The notes beneath the pieces were generated by a model that worked only from the letters and a program-made list of their open reading frames with translations, had not been told where the DNA came from and did no database searches. Source: Callorhinchus milii (taxonomy: Eukaryota). Taken from it: a stretch of 64,000 nt of DNA. This document shows, piece by piece, positions 25,045 to 38,070 of the stretch. Positions within the stretch are counted from its first letter, which is position 1. The number at the start of each line of letters is the position of its first letter. Location: contig NW_024704748.1 in NCBI RefSeq assembly GCF_018977255.1, positions 13,950,001 through 14,014,000 on the forward strand. Reading direction: 5' to 3'. The position numbers and the translations under genes are program-made.

Positions 25045-26669
25045 TGCTGTAATGGGTTCACATTGTTGAATAATACTTCTAGGTGAATTACAACACACAA
25101 TGATCTGTGTGGAAAATAGAAGTTTATTATCCTTAAGATATTCTCTTTTTCTTCTGAGCCCGCAACACATTGATTTGTGTTTAAAATGTTTTAATTTGCC
25201 TATTTAAAAATAGTAAAAAATAAACATCAGTGACCAAATCACAGAGACCATCAGTTTGTTGGCATTTGATGGATGAAATTAATCTGAAGGGAACACAGTC
25301 AATAGAAATGAAATGGTGGGTTGTCTTGTGCTGAAAAAAATATGTGAAAACGTTAAACAATAAACCATTAAAATACTAATTGAAAATTTTACTGTCGATA
25401 TAAGTATATTATTGGTGGCAAAAATGGGAGTTTATCTTTATATTTGATACATCACCTTAAACTGGAGGATGGTCTGAAAGTACTTCACAGGATTTTCCAT
25501 TAAAGTGTAATGACTGTGCATTTTGAATGAGTATATGGCAGCCATTTTGTGCATAACAATGACACACACACAGAGTGCACAAAGTGATTTTTCTAAACTA
25601 ATGTCCGATTACTGGCTAAATGTTGTTCTAATTTGAACTTGAACACGAGGGAGAAAAAAAATAATCATAGGAAAATGGAGATGAAGGTCAGAATCTGCTT
25701 CAATCAGCATATTGCAGGGGTGTAATTACAGTGCTTTTGTTGCTTCACTTGACTCACACAGTCAGGCATCAACATTAAACCATATTAATCATCAGCCAGC
25801 TACACTGCCTGTGCTGAAACGTGTTGAAGAATGGAGCTAAGGTACCAGTGATGGTCCAAAAAAACGTTGCACTTTGGTTTATTCTGTTGATCATTATGAA
25901 TCTTAGCTAAATGTGCGCCAGGATTTTAACACCGCCCACAAGGTAGGGATCAAGTGAGGGTTGATTATTTTCTGACTCAAGTTATTTTTTTAAATTACTA
26001 TGTGTGTGCGTGTGTACTGTATTGTTTCTGCCAATGTTCCACACATCAGTGAAGGTAATTCTTCCATGATGTTCTACCTCAATCAGATTGCCACCGGCAG
26101 CTTTCCTGAACCCCGGCAGAGGGCTAAAGTAGACTCTGCTTGAGTCAAAATAATCTGGAGTCATTTATGCATAGTAGCTTAGGCTGGGAACGCAATTTAT
26201 TATGTCATTTCTCAAAACACCAAGAACGCTCTCTCATTTAATACATACACAAGAGTTTTGCAAATAATCGTACAAAAACAAAAATAGGGTGTAGTGTTTC
26301 ATGTCTCCTGCATACTTTGTCATAGTGAACTATTCTCCAGGTTTGTGCCCATGATACCTGATATACCGTCAGAGAAAGAAATGTCACTATACTTCTTATC
26401 CGAGGATGGGGATCTTGTGTATCTTTGATGCAGACTGCTGGTTCAACAGTGGTATTGGCATGGACTAACCCTATTGTTGGTCCCAGAACGCTTGGATGAG
26501 GACAAGGGAAGAAGAAATTGGAGAACAATTTTACATTTATATCGCGCCTTTTAAGTCTGGAGGATGTCTCAATGTGTTTCACAGAGCCACAACAAAGAAT
26601 TGTGTTTTTCATTTATCAACACATATCCATTAAAGTTAATCCTTCTAAATGCATTATCATACTACTACT

Positions 26670-26799
26670 AATAATCCTTGCATATCATATAGTGTCTTCT
26701 CACACCATTGAGATGTCTCAAAGAGCTTCAAAAAATATATTGTAAACTGGATTGACTGTATTCTGTGGGTGAAATGCAGCAGCCAATTGCGTGCAGCAG
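26670..26799 (-). mobile_element. SINE 3' tail fragment
   Basis: ATAATCCTTGCAT...GATGTCTCAAAG...GCAGCCAATTGCGTGCAGCA. Confidence 0.7.
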
Positions 26800-27002
26800 G
26801 GTTTAATACTCCAGCTGAGACCTAACCATGACTTATAAAGGTTTAGCAGAATGTCCTTGCTCTTGTACTGAAAGCCTCTATTTGTAAAGCCAAGGATCCC
26901 ATACACCTCTATCAACTTGTCCTGCCACCTTCAATGACCTGTTTATGTGAAACCCAGGTCTTTCTACTCCCGAACCCCTTTTAACACTGTACCATTTAGT
27001 GT
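26800..27002 (-). mobile_element. CR1 ORF2 internal fragment
   Basis: Minus ORF YGILGFTNRGFQYKSKDILLNLYKS matches the CR1 RT C-terminal region. Confidence 0.85.
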
Positions 27003-29549
27003 AAGAGGTACAGGATAGCCAATAAAACCCATGACTGTTATACCAAGGCAGAGAAAACTACGTTTACAGTTCCAGCCAGATCAGGAATGGGTATCCCAAG
27101 AATTGTGTAGTATACCCAATGCGGAATCTCTCAATTTATCTTATTTCAATTTAATTCACTTTGTAAACCTTTAGCAAGTGAGGAGAAAAGCTAAATAAAA
27201 TAGACAAAATTGCTCAGGCTTTGAACCATTTTGTCACCACAACACTCACAGCACACTTAGGAACTTTTAATAAATACGTAGAGCAGCCTGGCAACCATGC
27301 AAAGGATTAAATTTAAGGTGCCCCAGCACCGGTAACTCATCTGGAATTAGCAGGTAATTCAAAGAGAGATATTTGTAGTTGGGATCCTACACAACATTGC
27401 CGACTCGACTTCTTGTTGCCTTTAACTTGCAATAATCTTTCCTTTTCTCCCATTACTTTTCAAAAGAACTAACAATGAAACCATGTATAACATACATTCA
27501 GGCTATTTTTCCATTGCATTTCTGTTTAGGCATTTTGGCCTTGAGAATGAAAGGACATGAACTGAACGGTTTGCTGTTGCATTCAACTGATAAACAGCTG
27601 CAATAGGTCCTAATGCACTGTGGGAAACCTTATAACTTAACTGTTGGTAGTTTGAATTCCTACCGCTTTACCTTATGGATTGGCACCTAAAGTATGGAAT
27701 GCATCATTTTTAAATGACAAGGACCACAGGGTTATTACTAAAATTTCTCCTTGGGTGCATTGCATTTTTTTCTTGCCAAACATAAGTATGCAAAATGCAT
27801 TTTGAAGCTTTTCTGAGATGCCTGGTGTGTTGAACATTGCAAAGCTAGAATTATATCATGAACTCGTCGCAAAAACGCTCACAGTTCTGAACCCAAAGCA
27901 CGTTCCTTAGCAAAAATTCTAAGAACTTGCCAGATTGTAAATTAAAAATCATTCTGTGTACTTGTGTTGATCTGAAACAGCCTGTCAGTATTACTATAAT
28001 AAATATTCAATCTGAAACATTAAACGGGAAGAGATTGAAATGAAGATAATGCACTTTTATTCAATTTTACACTTTAATCTGGCCTAAAGGAGGGAAACAA
28101 ATCACACAACTAAATTAATTGCAAACAGGGGTCCACAAATGGGAACGGCTTAAAATGCAAAGATATGCTAATATATTTCAGTTGCAATAGGCTAACTTTT
28201 GTGTGTCAGATTTGTGATTGTAATGGTGCAATATGCAAATACTCGTATTACTGCCCCCAAGAGAATGAAACAACATTGACCCTGAGGTAAAACGACTCAT
28301 TTATACATTTCTATCTCCATAATGCAGCTCATTAATCAGAATTTTAGGTGAATAGATGTGGTTTCAGGCAACATTTCATTTCATTGCTGAAAGTTTAGCA
28401 CATTAAACTTCAAAGCTCCTCGTGGAATTCAAGTGGGGACATTTTGCACATTCTTGACGTCTAGACTCTGAAACCATCACATCGCTTGACTGTAATTGCC
28501 TCTTAGTCTCAAAATAATGAACAAATATTTAGTCACATTTTGGAAATTACTTCACCTTGTATTTCCTTTTTGTCCTTTTATAAGTGACATTTTTATGTAC
28601 AAATTCTACAGAGATGGTAAAATGATGACTAATCCTTTTTCCACCTAAAGTTATACCTACATAATTAACAGTAACAAATTGTTGTTTTATATTTTTGTTA
28701 ATGTTTTATGTATTTTTTTCCTTTCCTTTTGCTCCTGTTGTGCTGTAGTAATCAGATGATGTGTTCTTGAGTGTCTGCTGATGCCATTCTATAACTAGCC
28801 TCAAGGAGATCCATGAAAGTGCCCTGGGGTGACTCTCTATCATTTTCAAATTGAATTGTATCAAAACCAAAATCACTAAATACCTCTGGACTACACCTAA
28901 AACCCAAGGGCATGTTAATTTAGTCTTGGGTATTGAAGGAGCAAGGAATTGCTTTTCATGTTTTCAAATCTGATTTAAAGCATTTTGAAGAAATAGCTGG
29001 GGTTAATGGCTTTGACTTGTCAGCCAAAGTTATTTTTAGTCTCAGCTCAACAAAGGCTGCTTCGTGTACTGAAAGTTTTCAGACTCCAAAAAAACCCATA
29101 AAAATGTTAATTATTCTCCCATTAGATTGAGCAATAAATTTCTTTTCTAGCTTTCAGAAGGAACCAATGTTATTGCATTGAAGCTCCATTAAAGCTTTTA
29201 AATGCTCCCTTCATAAATATTACAGATAAGCAAACACAAAGATAAACCAAGAAAGACACATCTACCCAAACAGTTCTTGGAAAATGTCAAAACTCAAAAT
29301 GTCACCCGTATTGAAAAACTGCAGAACTGACATAACACTATGTTTACAAAAAGATTTTATTAACAATTCTTTATCCAACATCTAAACCGGTATTTCAGGT
29401 TATGTATCAAGTTTTGAGGTGGAGACCCCTATCCAAATGGTTGCAAAGATGAAACTTGCTGTTGAATGACAATCAAATGGGCTCTCATTGAAATTGAACA
29501 GTTTGTAACATGGATGGAAGATGTTTCCAACCCCAAAAAGTACCCGACA

Positions 29550-29690
29550 TTACAAGATTAGTTTGGATGAACAAGGCCCTTTAGTCCATCTCGTCTCGTC
29601 CTTCCAGAATATCCACCCCACTGTCCTCGCATCATAGCATCAAACTTTTTTTTGGATGAATCTGTGTCCTGGCTTCAACCCAGACCCATT
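29550..29690 (-). mobile_element. CR1 3' UTR fragment
   Basis: ACAAGATTAGTTTGGATGAACAAGGCCCTTTAGTCCATC...GCATCAAACTTTT, homologous to the copy at 8725. Confidence 0.6.
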
Positions 29691-29739
29691 GAACAGAAAA
29701 AATATAGCATTTCAAAAGAGTTTCTCTCGATATCCTTGC

Positions 29740-29990
29740 CAAGAATCTCCCCAAATAAAAATTGGTCATTTAGTTCATGGCTGTTTGGGGGAAATTGCTG
29801 TGCGCAATTTATCTGCCATGTTCATCCACAAAACACAGTCACTATACTTCACAATGTGAAGTGCTAACGTGAAAGTTGCTGTACCAAATGTACCAAAACG
29901 TGAAAGCTAACGTGAAAGCTAACGTGAAAGCTAACGTGAAAGTTGCTGTACCAAATGTACCAAATGTACCAAAAGTACTATTATTATTTA
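29740..29990 (+). mobile_element. SINE 3' half whose tail has been rearranged into short duplications
   Basis: AAAATTGGTCATTTAGTTCATGGCTGTTTG...GCTGTGCGCAATTT, then the rearranged tail and TATTATTATT. Confidence 0.75.
29863..29973. repeat. Interleaved perfect repeats of GCTAACGTGAAA (12 bp) and TGTACCAAA (9 bp)
   Basis: Order A-gttgc-C-C-acgtgaaa-A-A-A-gttgc-C-C-C read directly (A is the 12-mer, C the 9-mer). Confidence 0.9.
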
Positions 29991-30568
29991 TTCAATGGTG
30001 GAGATTACAAACCGCAGCAGCAAACCCAAATTCATCTCAATGGTAGTTTCATTTCCGAAGGTGTTTTTTTACTCAGAACCTTAGGTTGAATGCAAATATT
30101 CTGTGATTGAAAGTCCCCCTTCCCCAACCGCACCCTTCCCCCACCCCACACCATTGCTATAATTTCACTAAATTCAGTTTTAAAGGTTAATAACTATGGA
30201 TGACATTAAGAGTGGGAGCCTAAGAAGGAACATGGGAAGATTTTTTAAAAAAAAATCAGTTATCCTCAAATACAGTCACTTTTATACTTTACAGTAAAAT
30301 CCTATGAAGCACTTTTGACAACGTGATAAGGCGCTATTCAAATACGATTAATGAATCATGTTGGAAATTTTGCTGAGCAAGAAATCTTATCTGTTTTATT
30401 GAATGAAAAGTCTTGTCAAAACATTATTGCAGTTATCTTTTGATTTGTGTTGCATTCAGTGCATGTGTATGTGAGATCTGCGTAAGGTACAGTTAAAGGG
30501 ATGTGATAATTTACTGCAAAAGTTTTGATTATGAACATAAAGCATTAATCGTTTGCAAGTGGTGCATC

Positions 30569-30888
30569 AATAAAATAATAAAAATAATCCTTGCATTTGA
30601 AATAGCGCTTTTCACGTCTTCCAGACGTCTCAAAGCGCTTCACAGAATATGCTGTAAAGTGAATTGACCGTATATTTGTGGGTGAAATGCAACAGCCAAT
30701 TGCACACAGCAGTGTCCCACAAACAGTCATGGATTGAAAATGACCAATTTATTATTGTTTTGTTTTGGAGGGATTATTATTAGGCGTGTGGAATAAGGAA
30801 AGTTGCCCAAGGTTTTGCCCTACCTGGAATTGAACCCAGGTGTCTCGCTTGTAAGGCGAGCGCTCTAACCACTGAGCTACAGGACTCC
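30569..30888 (-). mobile_element. Young full-length tRNA-SINE, subfamily B
   Basis: Complete head-body-tail on the minus strand. Shares diagnostic bases with the copy at 46602. Confidence 0.92.
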
Positions 30889-30915
30889 AATGCCATCAGT
30901 CAGTCAACTGTGTGT

Positions 30916-31330
30916 GTCAGCCTACCTCAGTGCTCGCCTTTAGGTCAGAAGGTGGTGGGTTCCAGCCCCTTAGCAGACTCACTTGTCTAAGTTGAAACTC
31001 CAATGCAGTGCTGGGGGGTGCACAGCATTGTTGGAGGTGCCCTTGTTCAGATAAGATGTTAAACCAAGGTCCCATCTGCCTGTTCAGGTGGATGATAAAG
31101 ATCCAACGACACGAAAAGAGGAGGGAATTTCTCCTGATGTCCTGACGAACAGTATCCCGAAATAAAATTGGTCATTCCTTTCATGGCTGTTTGTGGGAAA
31201 TTGCTGTGAGCAATTGGGCTGCTGTGCTTGCTTACAAATTCTCTTTATATTAAATCCTTCAAAGTGTTTTGGGATGTCCTTCCAACGTGAAAGGTGCTCT
31301 CCCCAAATGCAAGCATTATTATTATTACTT
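30916..31330 (+). mobile_element. Deu-domain SINE (SacSINE1-like), near full length, head-to-head with the previous SINE
   Basis: GCATTGTTGGAGGTGCC...GATGTTAAACCAAGG...CTGCCTGTTCAGGTGGATG..AAAGATCC, plus tail. Confidence 0.82.
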
Positions 31331-34259
31331 ATTATGTTTCTGATGTCAGCAGAAAGGTATCGATGAGTTCTCACTGTGTTAACGTATCAGTGCTTCAATC
31401 CCACTTTTGGATGGTTCGCGCAAAAGATCCAATTGTTAGGCAATCTACAGTGGTTATTACCCTGGAGGCTGGCATTCTACTGATCCTGAGTTTGAAATAA
31501 TCATTACCAATAAAACCCAATGTGGTACAGAGCCAAAAGACTGAATGCATGGGCTATTTGACCACTTGTGGAAAATTAACAGAAGTGCTTGTAAAATTAG
31601 CCCAGCATATGTTTGTATCTTAAAACGGTACATTTGAACCTATGAAGGGTGTTAAGATTTTGGATGTCTATTGGTGCCACAGCTGGAAAATCCACCACTT
31701 CCATCCTTGAAGGGGGGAGGGGGTTGGGGTGTTCAAAGCATAATTTTTCTGGTTCCTTTTTTTTAAACAATTAATGGGCTAGGGATGTGAACAGGGCATT
31801 GGTAGGGTGATAACTGCAGAATTCGGAGATGTGAAGTACTCACCCAAATCCAGAGATCCCGGTTTTTAATTTTGAAAATTTGTTTTTTAATTACTTTTTT
31901 TTTACAGAGATGGATTAACCTTTCTCCATGCAATATGGTCCCCACAGAGCACTGTATTAAATTTGTGCACGGTTTTATGTCCAAAGTTATTAAAAGCAGA
32001 ACCAGAGTTCTTTATTAAAAATATTCGCCGGTCAGCATTTAAACATTTGTGTTATTCGTGTGTGAATTTTCCATGACACAATTTCTTAAACACCAAGTTC
32101 TAAAACAGAAAATTAGATTTATTTTTATCAACAGAATTTAAACAAGTTTATTGAATGAATATTTTTGCTTCAGTTACTCCATAATCCTAAACGTTATAAA
32201 AAGAAATTGCCTCAAGTTATCAATATCTCTAAGCCAAATCCTGCTGCCAATTTTTAAATTTAAAATTTTATTAGGTTTTACATTTCCGCAATCCAAGCAA
32301 AATCTCATTAACACAAAGAAAAGGCAAGTTAAATTACTTCCTTAATATGGTCCTTGTAAACCAACAAAATCCCCCGGGGATGGATGTACACTCTTGTGGT
32401 TTTGAACTTTCTTGAATTCACCCTGCTGTGATATTCTGAAATTGTATTGATCAGCAGTTTTCAAACACAAAATGAAAAATACATAATGAAGAACTATAGA
32501 CAAATCATTCAGAGTCCCAGGAGTAGGCTGACCTGATAACTTGCAAGTGATGAAATATTTGAATTAAGGTCAGCACCATGAGTAATATATCGATCATATC
32601 CCATAGCTCCTGCTGCTGCATTCTGGATGTCCCCTGAGATTGGTATCTGAATTTACACTGTTCAGTTGGGTTTGGTTTCTAATTAGGACTTGGAACTGAT
32701 GGTAATTTAAGTGAACATTAAAATTGAAGTGCATCAAAAGTTTTCCAAAATTTCAAGATGAAAAGATTAACCAGAACTGATTGTATCACCTAGCTTTATT
32801 GGTTAGCAAGTGTTGCCTTCTTGATTTTGTTTCTACTTGGGACTATGTTTGTTCATGACTATTCTCCTTGGATGAGGTGGGTGGGGGGGAAAGGTAAGTG
32901 ACATGCTTGGCAATGGAATGTTAGATTTGGGCTAAACCTCTGTGGCGGTCTTGGTAATCTGGTTCCTGACCCAGGTAGGTCTGCAGTACTTCAGGACACT
33001 GCTGATGATAGTCCAGCCAGCCTGGCTCATAGGTAGGTCATTGAAAGGCAGACCAGTCACTGGGTAGGGACTCTTTCCAACTCCTCAGCTCTCACTCTTG
33101 CATTATCCCTGCAAGCCAAAGCCCTCACTGGTAGGACAAGCAGCAAGAAAGCTTGCCAGACAGTGCTATCAATGGCAAACTATGTGGTTTTAGCTGATTA
33201 GACTTCGGCAGTACCCCAACACACACTATCGGGTCCCCTAGCCTTGGCTCTTCGCAAACTACATCTAATACTCTCCAGAATTAGGTTAGCAGGATATGTC
33301 CATCCAGGTAGAGTATGCAAGTTCCATTCCAATAAATCTCTGTAATTTCTAAATATAGGCAGGATAGTGATGGGTTTCCATTTTTTACATTCAGTATGGT
33401 TTTCAATTTTCAAATAACTTTGACCTGTCGTCTATGTGCAATCTGATGAAACAGATGACATTTTCTATAATCTCTTTATTTTGGATAGACAGCGAGTTGC
33501 AATGAAATAAATTTGTTGGTTATTTTGTTTCAGAAGTTTTATAAATGTGTTGAAGGTCAAGGAAAGTTGTTCATATTTTAAACTTGTGCCCCCTTTTGAA
33601 CTAATGTATGTCATAATTTGCAGTCTGACTTGGCTGAGGAGTTTTTTTTACTCTATTTTTAATAGGAAGTCGGCTGAACCTTTGACCTCATTTGTACAAG
33701 ATAGGATAAAATGTTCAATCAAAGTCTAATAGTTCGGAATTTTTTTCCATAAAGGTTCTGAGTTTCAAGATTAAGCTCTGTATTTTTTATTATTGTGCTT
33801 CAGAATTTCAAAACAATTCGCCGCTTCATAATTCATGATGACATTTGTACAATATTATTTCTAATTTGTGGCTCTTTGGCTTGCTAAAAAGTTTGTTTTT
33901 GTGCGTGTGTGTATCTGTCTGTCTCTCTCTCATGTTAACCATCTCCTGTTCAGGCTAATGAATAGATCCTTTCAGAAATAACCAGAGACATTTACGTTAA
34001 AAAATATTAACGATTGTGTTTGTTTAGCTGAAGTAGAAAACGATACAATCTGAGTCTCCGCCAAACCATTCCATTCTCCTTTGGCTGGTAATGATAAAAC
34101 AAGGGGCCTGGGAGTAATTTTGTGTAGCCATAATCTCCTGGCTCATGGTATGTGATGCAAAGCAAGTCGAGAGAAAGAAAATCTTTTGAAGCCTATAAAG
34201 TGCACTGGGTGTGAAGTATGGTGCATTCAATTTGTAGGAGAATTTGTAAACAGAACCTC

Positions 34260-34640
34260 TCTTTCTTATGATTCCTTCTGTTGGTGAGATTCCCATTGTA
34301 CTTATTGTGAAGAGAAAGTTGCTCATATAGTGCAATGTTGTCTGCAAGGACAGTCGATGACATTCTACCAATCCATTTGAAACCTGCTTATGGTGGTGAA
34401 TCATTATAGTTTTGAGTTGTTTATTAATACAAAGAAAGGAAGCAGTAAACTTCAACATTACTGCCTGTGACCGTGTCCAGGGGCTTGTAAAACCATGATA
34501 CAACATTATTTCTTTGTACTGCCTCTGTGCACACATATGAGGGAGTAACGCTTACTAAACAACCTATGTCTACGGGAGTAGAAATGTGTAAAAGAGGCCA
34601 AGAGGAACAAATGGCTGAATAGAAAGGCTTTAGAGGAGAA
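34260..34640 (-). mobile_element. Decayed Ty3/Gypsy integrase-core relic
   Basis: HHHKQVSNGLVECHRLSLQTTL...MSNFLFTISTMGISPTE resembles YHPQSNGLVERxHRTLKxxL...FLFxYRTTPHSTTGISPAE. Confidence 0.5.
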
Positions 34641-34834
34641 AGACGTACATCAGCTAGGTCTTGGAGGAGTCCTCTGCCGTTCAATATTTAAAATGGAAGA
34701 ATGAGCAATCGCAGAAAGTTTTTCTTCTTGGTTATTTTGCTATTCTTTCCTCTATTAGTGTGAGGAATACTTTGGGATTTCTCAATTAAACTCTGCCATG
34801 TACCTTTGTCCTTAGCCTGTCTTGTTTTTGTAAA

Positions 34835-35176
34835 AAGCACGTCACAAGCAATTGCTGTAAAATGTATTTGTGGGCCGGTGTGGCAGCCAATTTGGACTCA
34901 GTGATGTTCTACAAGCAGCCATGGAGTGAATGACCAGTTTGTCTGAGGCAGGGTGGTTCAACTTTTTGGCCTCTGACGGCTGGATGCCCCATTTGAAAAA
35001 TGTCCTCGGGCTACATAAGCAATATTTTTGTGTTTTCTTCCAAAAATATAACATAACATTTCTGGGTTATGGAGGGGAGCAGGTGGGCCAGATGAAAGGA
35101 AGGAGGGATGGGCGGGGTGCGAATTAATTAGGCCAGTTGGATCACCCTAATCTGAGGGATTGTTGGCCAGGACACT
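34835..35176 (-). mobile_element. Deu-type SINE fragment split by a hAT MITE
   Basis: GTGAATGACCAGTTT-GTCTGAGG resumes as GATTGTTGGCCAGGACAC after the insertion. Confidence 0.75.
34949..35149. mobile_element. 201-bp hAT-superfamily MITE
   Basis: TIRs CAGGGTGGTTCAAC and GTTGGATCACCCTA (11/14 match). 8-bp TSD GTCTGAGG (34941-34948) and ATCTGAGG (35150-35157). Confidence 0.85.
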
Positions 35177-35309
35177 TTTATATTTTGAAATTGCTATATA
35201 ACACTGCACAAAATGCACACACATAGATAAATAGTATATGAACTTATCACATTTTTTTACTTTTGAATTTATTCTTTTAGTATATTTACTGAGATGTCTG
35301 TGTTGGGAA

Positions 35310-35660
35310 ATTAATCCCCACTCCAATGTTGGTGTCCATTGCTAATCTAAACTTCCAGTTCAGATACAGCAGAGGTTGATGCAACATTAAGTTCTTCGGC
35401 CCAACAATGTGCCTTATACCTATCTCTCAGTAGCCTCCCCTAAGGCATGATTTTCCATGGGCCACCCTTTTGGACTCTCTGATGGTGAGATTGCCTTCTT
35501 GAGATTGTCAATTTGCTCCTAGAATTTGTATGTAGCTCTGTACGATAGCCTTTGTCTGCTAGGAACTGCTAGCTCATTTCACATTGAATCCCTGGAGGCA
35601 GCAGATAGAGTGAACTTACACTGATCAATTTCAGATGAATTCAGGATGACGAGTTTCGAG
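35310..35660 (-). mobile_element. LF-SINE-like relic
   Basis: Reverse complements of ATGTGAAATGAG, CAGTTCCTAG, GGCAATCTC and AGGCACATT occur in the LF-SINE order. Confidence 0.6.
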
Positions 35661-36162
35661 TCGGGAAGCACAACATAGCATTAAAATCAGAACTGTAAGT
35701 CTATAATCAAATATGGCAAGTCTCTTACTTGGTTAAAAGTTCTTTATTTTGATTGAAAACATAACCCTTTTGATACATCTCACTGCATAGCTCTACAGGT
35801 TTAAATGCATTGTAATTTCTTGTTCTCATTTTAATTAATAATCTCATAGTTGATGCTGATGGCTCTGATTTGTATATTCCCTGCCACACCTGTAGTATAA
35901 CATAAAATTGGATCATTTTAAATTATTCCTAGAAATTTGAGATGCCTTGTAATTTTCTTCCAGAATCTGCAGCTTTCCCTGGTTGGATTTGGTGATGGCC
36001 TTATTTTCAGTTGTATGAGGTTAAATGATATAATCATTATGACTGGGTTAGGTAACCTGCTGTACTTCTCCCCATGTAAGAAAATGTATCTTTGAGTTAT
36101 GTTCTGTTTGAAAATACAGTATATGAAGAAAACCTTTTATATATGAAACAAGTGGAGAACAT

Positions 36163-36304
36163 TGAAGTTCAATAGTTGGATATGATGTATTGAGATTCAA
36201 CGGTTGAATATGATGCATTGAGGTTCAATGATTGAATATGATTAATTGTGATGCTTTGAGGTTCAATGGCTCAATATGATGCATTGAAATTCAGTGATAG
36301 AATA
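36163..36304. repeat. 28-bp minisatellite, about 5 units
   Basis: Consensus TGAGGTTCAATGGTTGAATATGATGCAT. Units start at 36163, 36191, 36219, 36257 and 36285. Confidence 0.85.
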
Positions 36305-36699
36305 AGGTACTTGCCTCACAGATAGGAAAACCTACCCAATATACGTGACTGCATAGCTTGTAAGATATTTAGACTCCCTCACTTGTGGGACAAATTTGAC
36401 TGGAAAATCTTAGTTTTGTATCTTTAAAGAACCTGGATTTAAGTTTTGGTTAATTAATGAATGGTTTTGTAATTGATGGAATTGCTGTAACTGCTGTCTG
36501 ATGACTTTGTGAAAACTTTCTGTAACGTTTTTTACCAATTGCTGCAGCACCAGATTAACTCCTGGAGTTTAGCCAGCTTCCTATAGCAAATATTGGCAAA
36601 CTTCCTGCTGCTTGTTCAGCTAATTATTAAATTAGTGATTTTGTCTTAATAAAATAGTTCCTCTAAGTTTTTTTTAATCTGCATTCAGAATACATTGAC

Positions 36700-36812
36700 A
36701 TGTAAATTAAACAGGAATTGAGGATTGGTAGGGGTGGAGGCTTGTGTAGAGTATCAACACTGGCACGGACAAGTTGGGTTGAATGGCCTGTTTTTGTTCT
36801 GCATTTCTATGT
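36700..36812 (+). mobile_element. CR1-type 3' UTR
   Basis: GGAGGCTTGTGTAGAGTATCAACACTGGCACGGACAAGTTGGGTTGAATGGCCTGTTT...TTCTATG. Confidence 0.65.
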
Positions 36813-37829
36813 TGCTGATGCAACCATCTGTCTTCTCTACTGATTTCAATGTGTCTGATTACCCAGAAACTGGGAAGTAAATGACAGTGCATTAATAGTG
36901 GTGATGGTGGCTCATTTCAGGATAGTCAATTTAACTGTACCTTGGAGACCCTCTATGCATTTTTGCACAATTATCTGCATGAAAAACTGAAATAATAAGG
37001 TTATTTATATCAGAAAATATGTAATTCAAAAGGTTATGTTATATCAGTCTGAAACTGCACAGATTTTTGTTGTTTTCTTTGCAAAAAAAAATTCTCATCA
37101 AATCTAATTTTATAAATATCTAATATTGTTTCATTTTCCACATCGAGTAGTATTTCTGTGGAAATTATAGTAATTGTAACTTTAAAATGGCCCCTTTCAC
37201 CTGTGAGGCCTATTTCAATCCAGTTCAACTCTTTTCCTGTCAGTCATGAACCTGTTTCAAGTGGGCATGATTCCTTTGCCTCAAAGTTGGTATCAATTGG
37301 CACTTAGTGAGCTACATTATAACAAGAAACAATAGGGGTGAGAACCCTGGCCGTTTAATAGAATTGTAAATCTGTAGAACTCCTTTTGAAGGCCAGAGAA
37401 AGTGTCTCTTGCCTTAGGGCATGATGATATTCATATTCACACTTGCAACCCATTTTTTTCTTCTTCCCATACGTGCTTTTCATGGAGCTATAAAAAGAAG
37501 CCGAAGGAGCTTAAACTGCTCTTATGGGAGAAGGGAGCAGAAGAAATTATCACTAAAAAGTAATAAGAATATGAGTTAACTTTTATTGAGATACCAAGCT
37601 GAAAGGTCAAGACCCTTAATGCAACATCCTTAACTCTGAAAAGAGTAGAAGGGATGACTTGATCAATCAGGAAGCAATCGTTTGGAAACACCAAACATAT
37701 GGATACAAAAGCGCTGATGATTGCAGGGAGGCATGAAGAGACAATCGTTGAAGTTACAACTCTTTTGAAGACTAAAGGTGTTTTCCTATTTCCTGAATAG
37801 CTACTCTGTTTTCTGATTAGATCATCAAG

Positions 37830-38070
37830 TAATAATAATAATCCTTGCATTTGATATAGCGCCTTATTAGGTCGTTGAGACGTCTCAAAGCACTTCACAA
37901 AATATATTGTAAAGTGTAGCGACTGTATATTTTTTGGGTGAATAGCAGCAGCCAATTGCGCACAGCGGTGTCCCACATGTTTTTTTTTTGAGGGATTATT
38001 ATCCCCGGGAAAGTCATCCGCCAATCAACAAACAACTGGGTTCCTACTTACTGCAAGGTAAACAGAGGCA
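37830..38070 (-). mobile_element. Long-variant tRNA-SINE, 5'-truncated
   Basis: Tail plus internal segment TCCGCCAATCAACAAACAACTGGGTTCCTACTTACTGCAAGGTAAACAGAGG. Confidence 0.82.

Noticed and set aside
32900-33320. GC-richer segment, possible retroelement RNase H or retrocopy
   Set aside because: The frames I translated gave no convincing motif.
37488-38024. 178-aa minus-strand ORF
   Set aside because: The N-terminal third is SINE sequence and the remainder has no recognisable homology.
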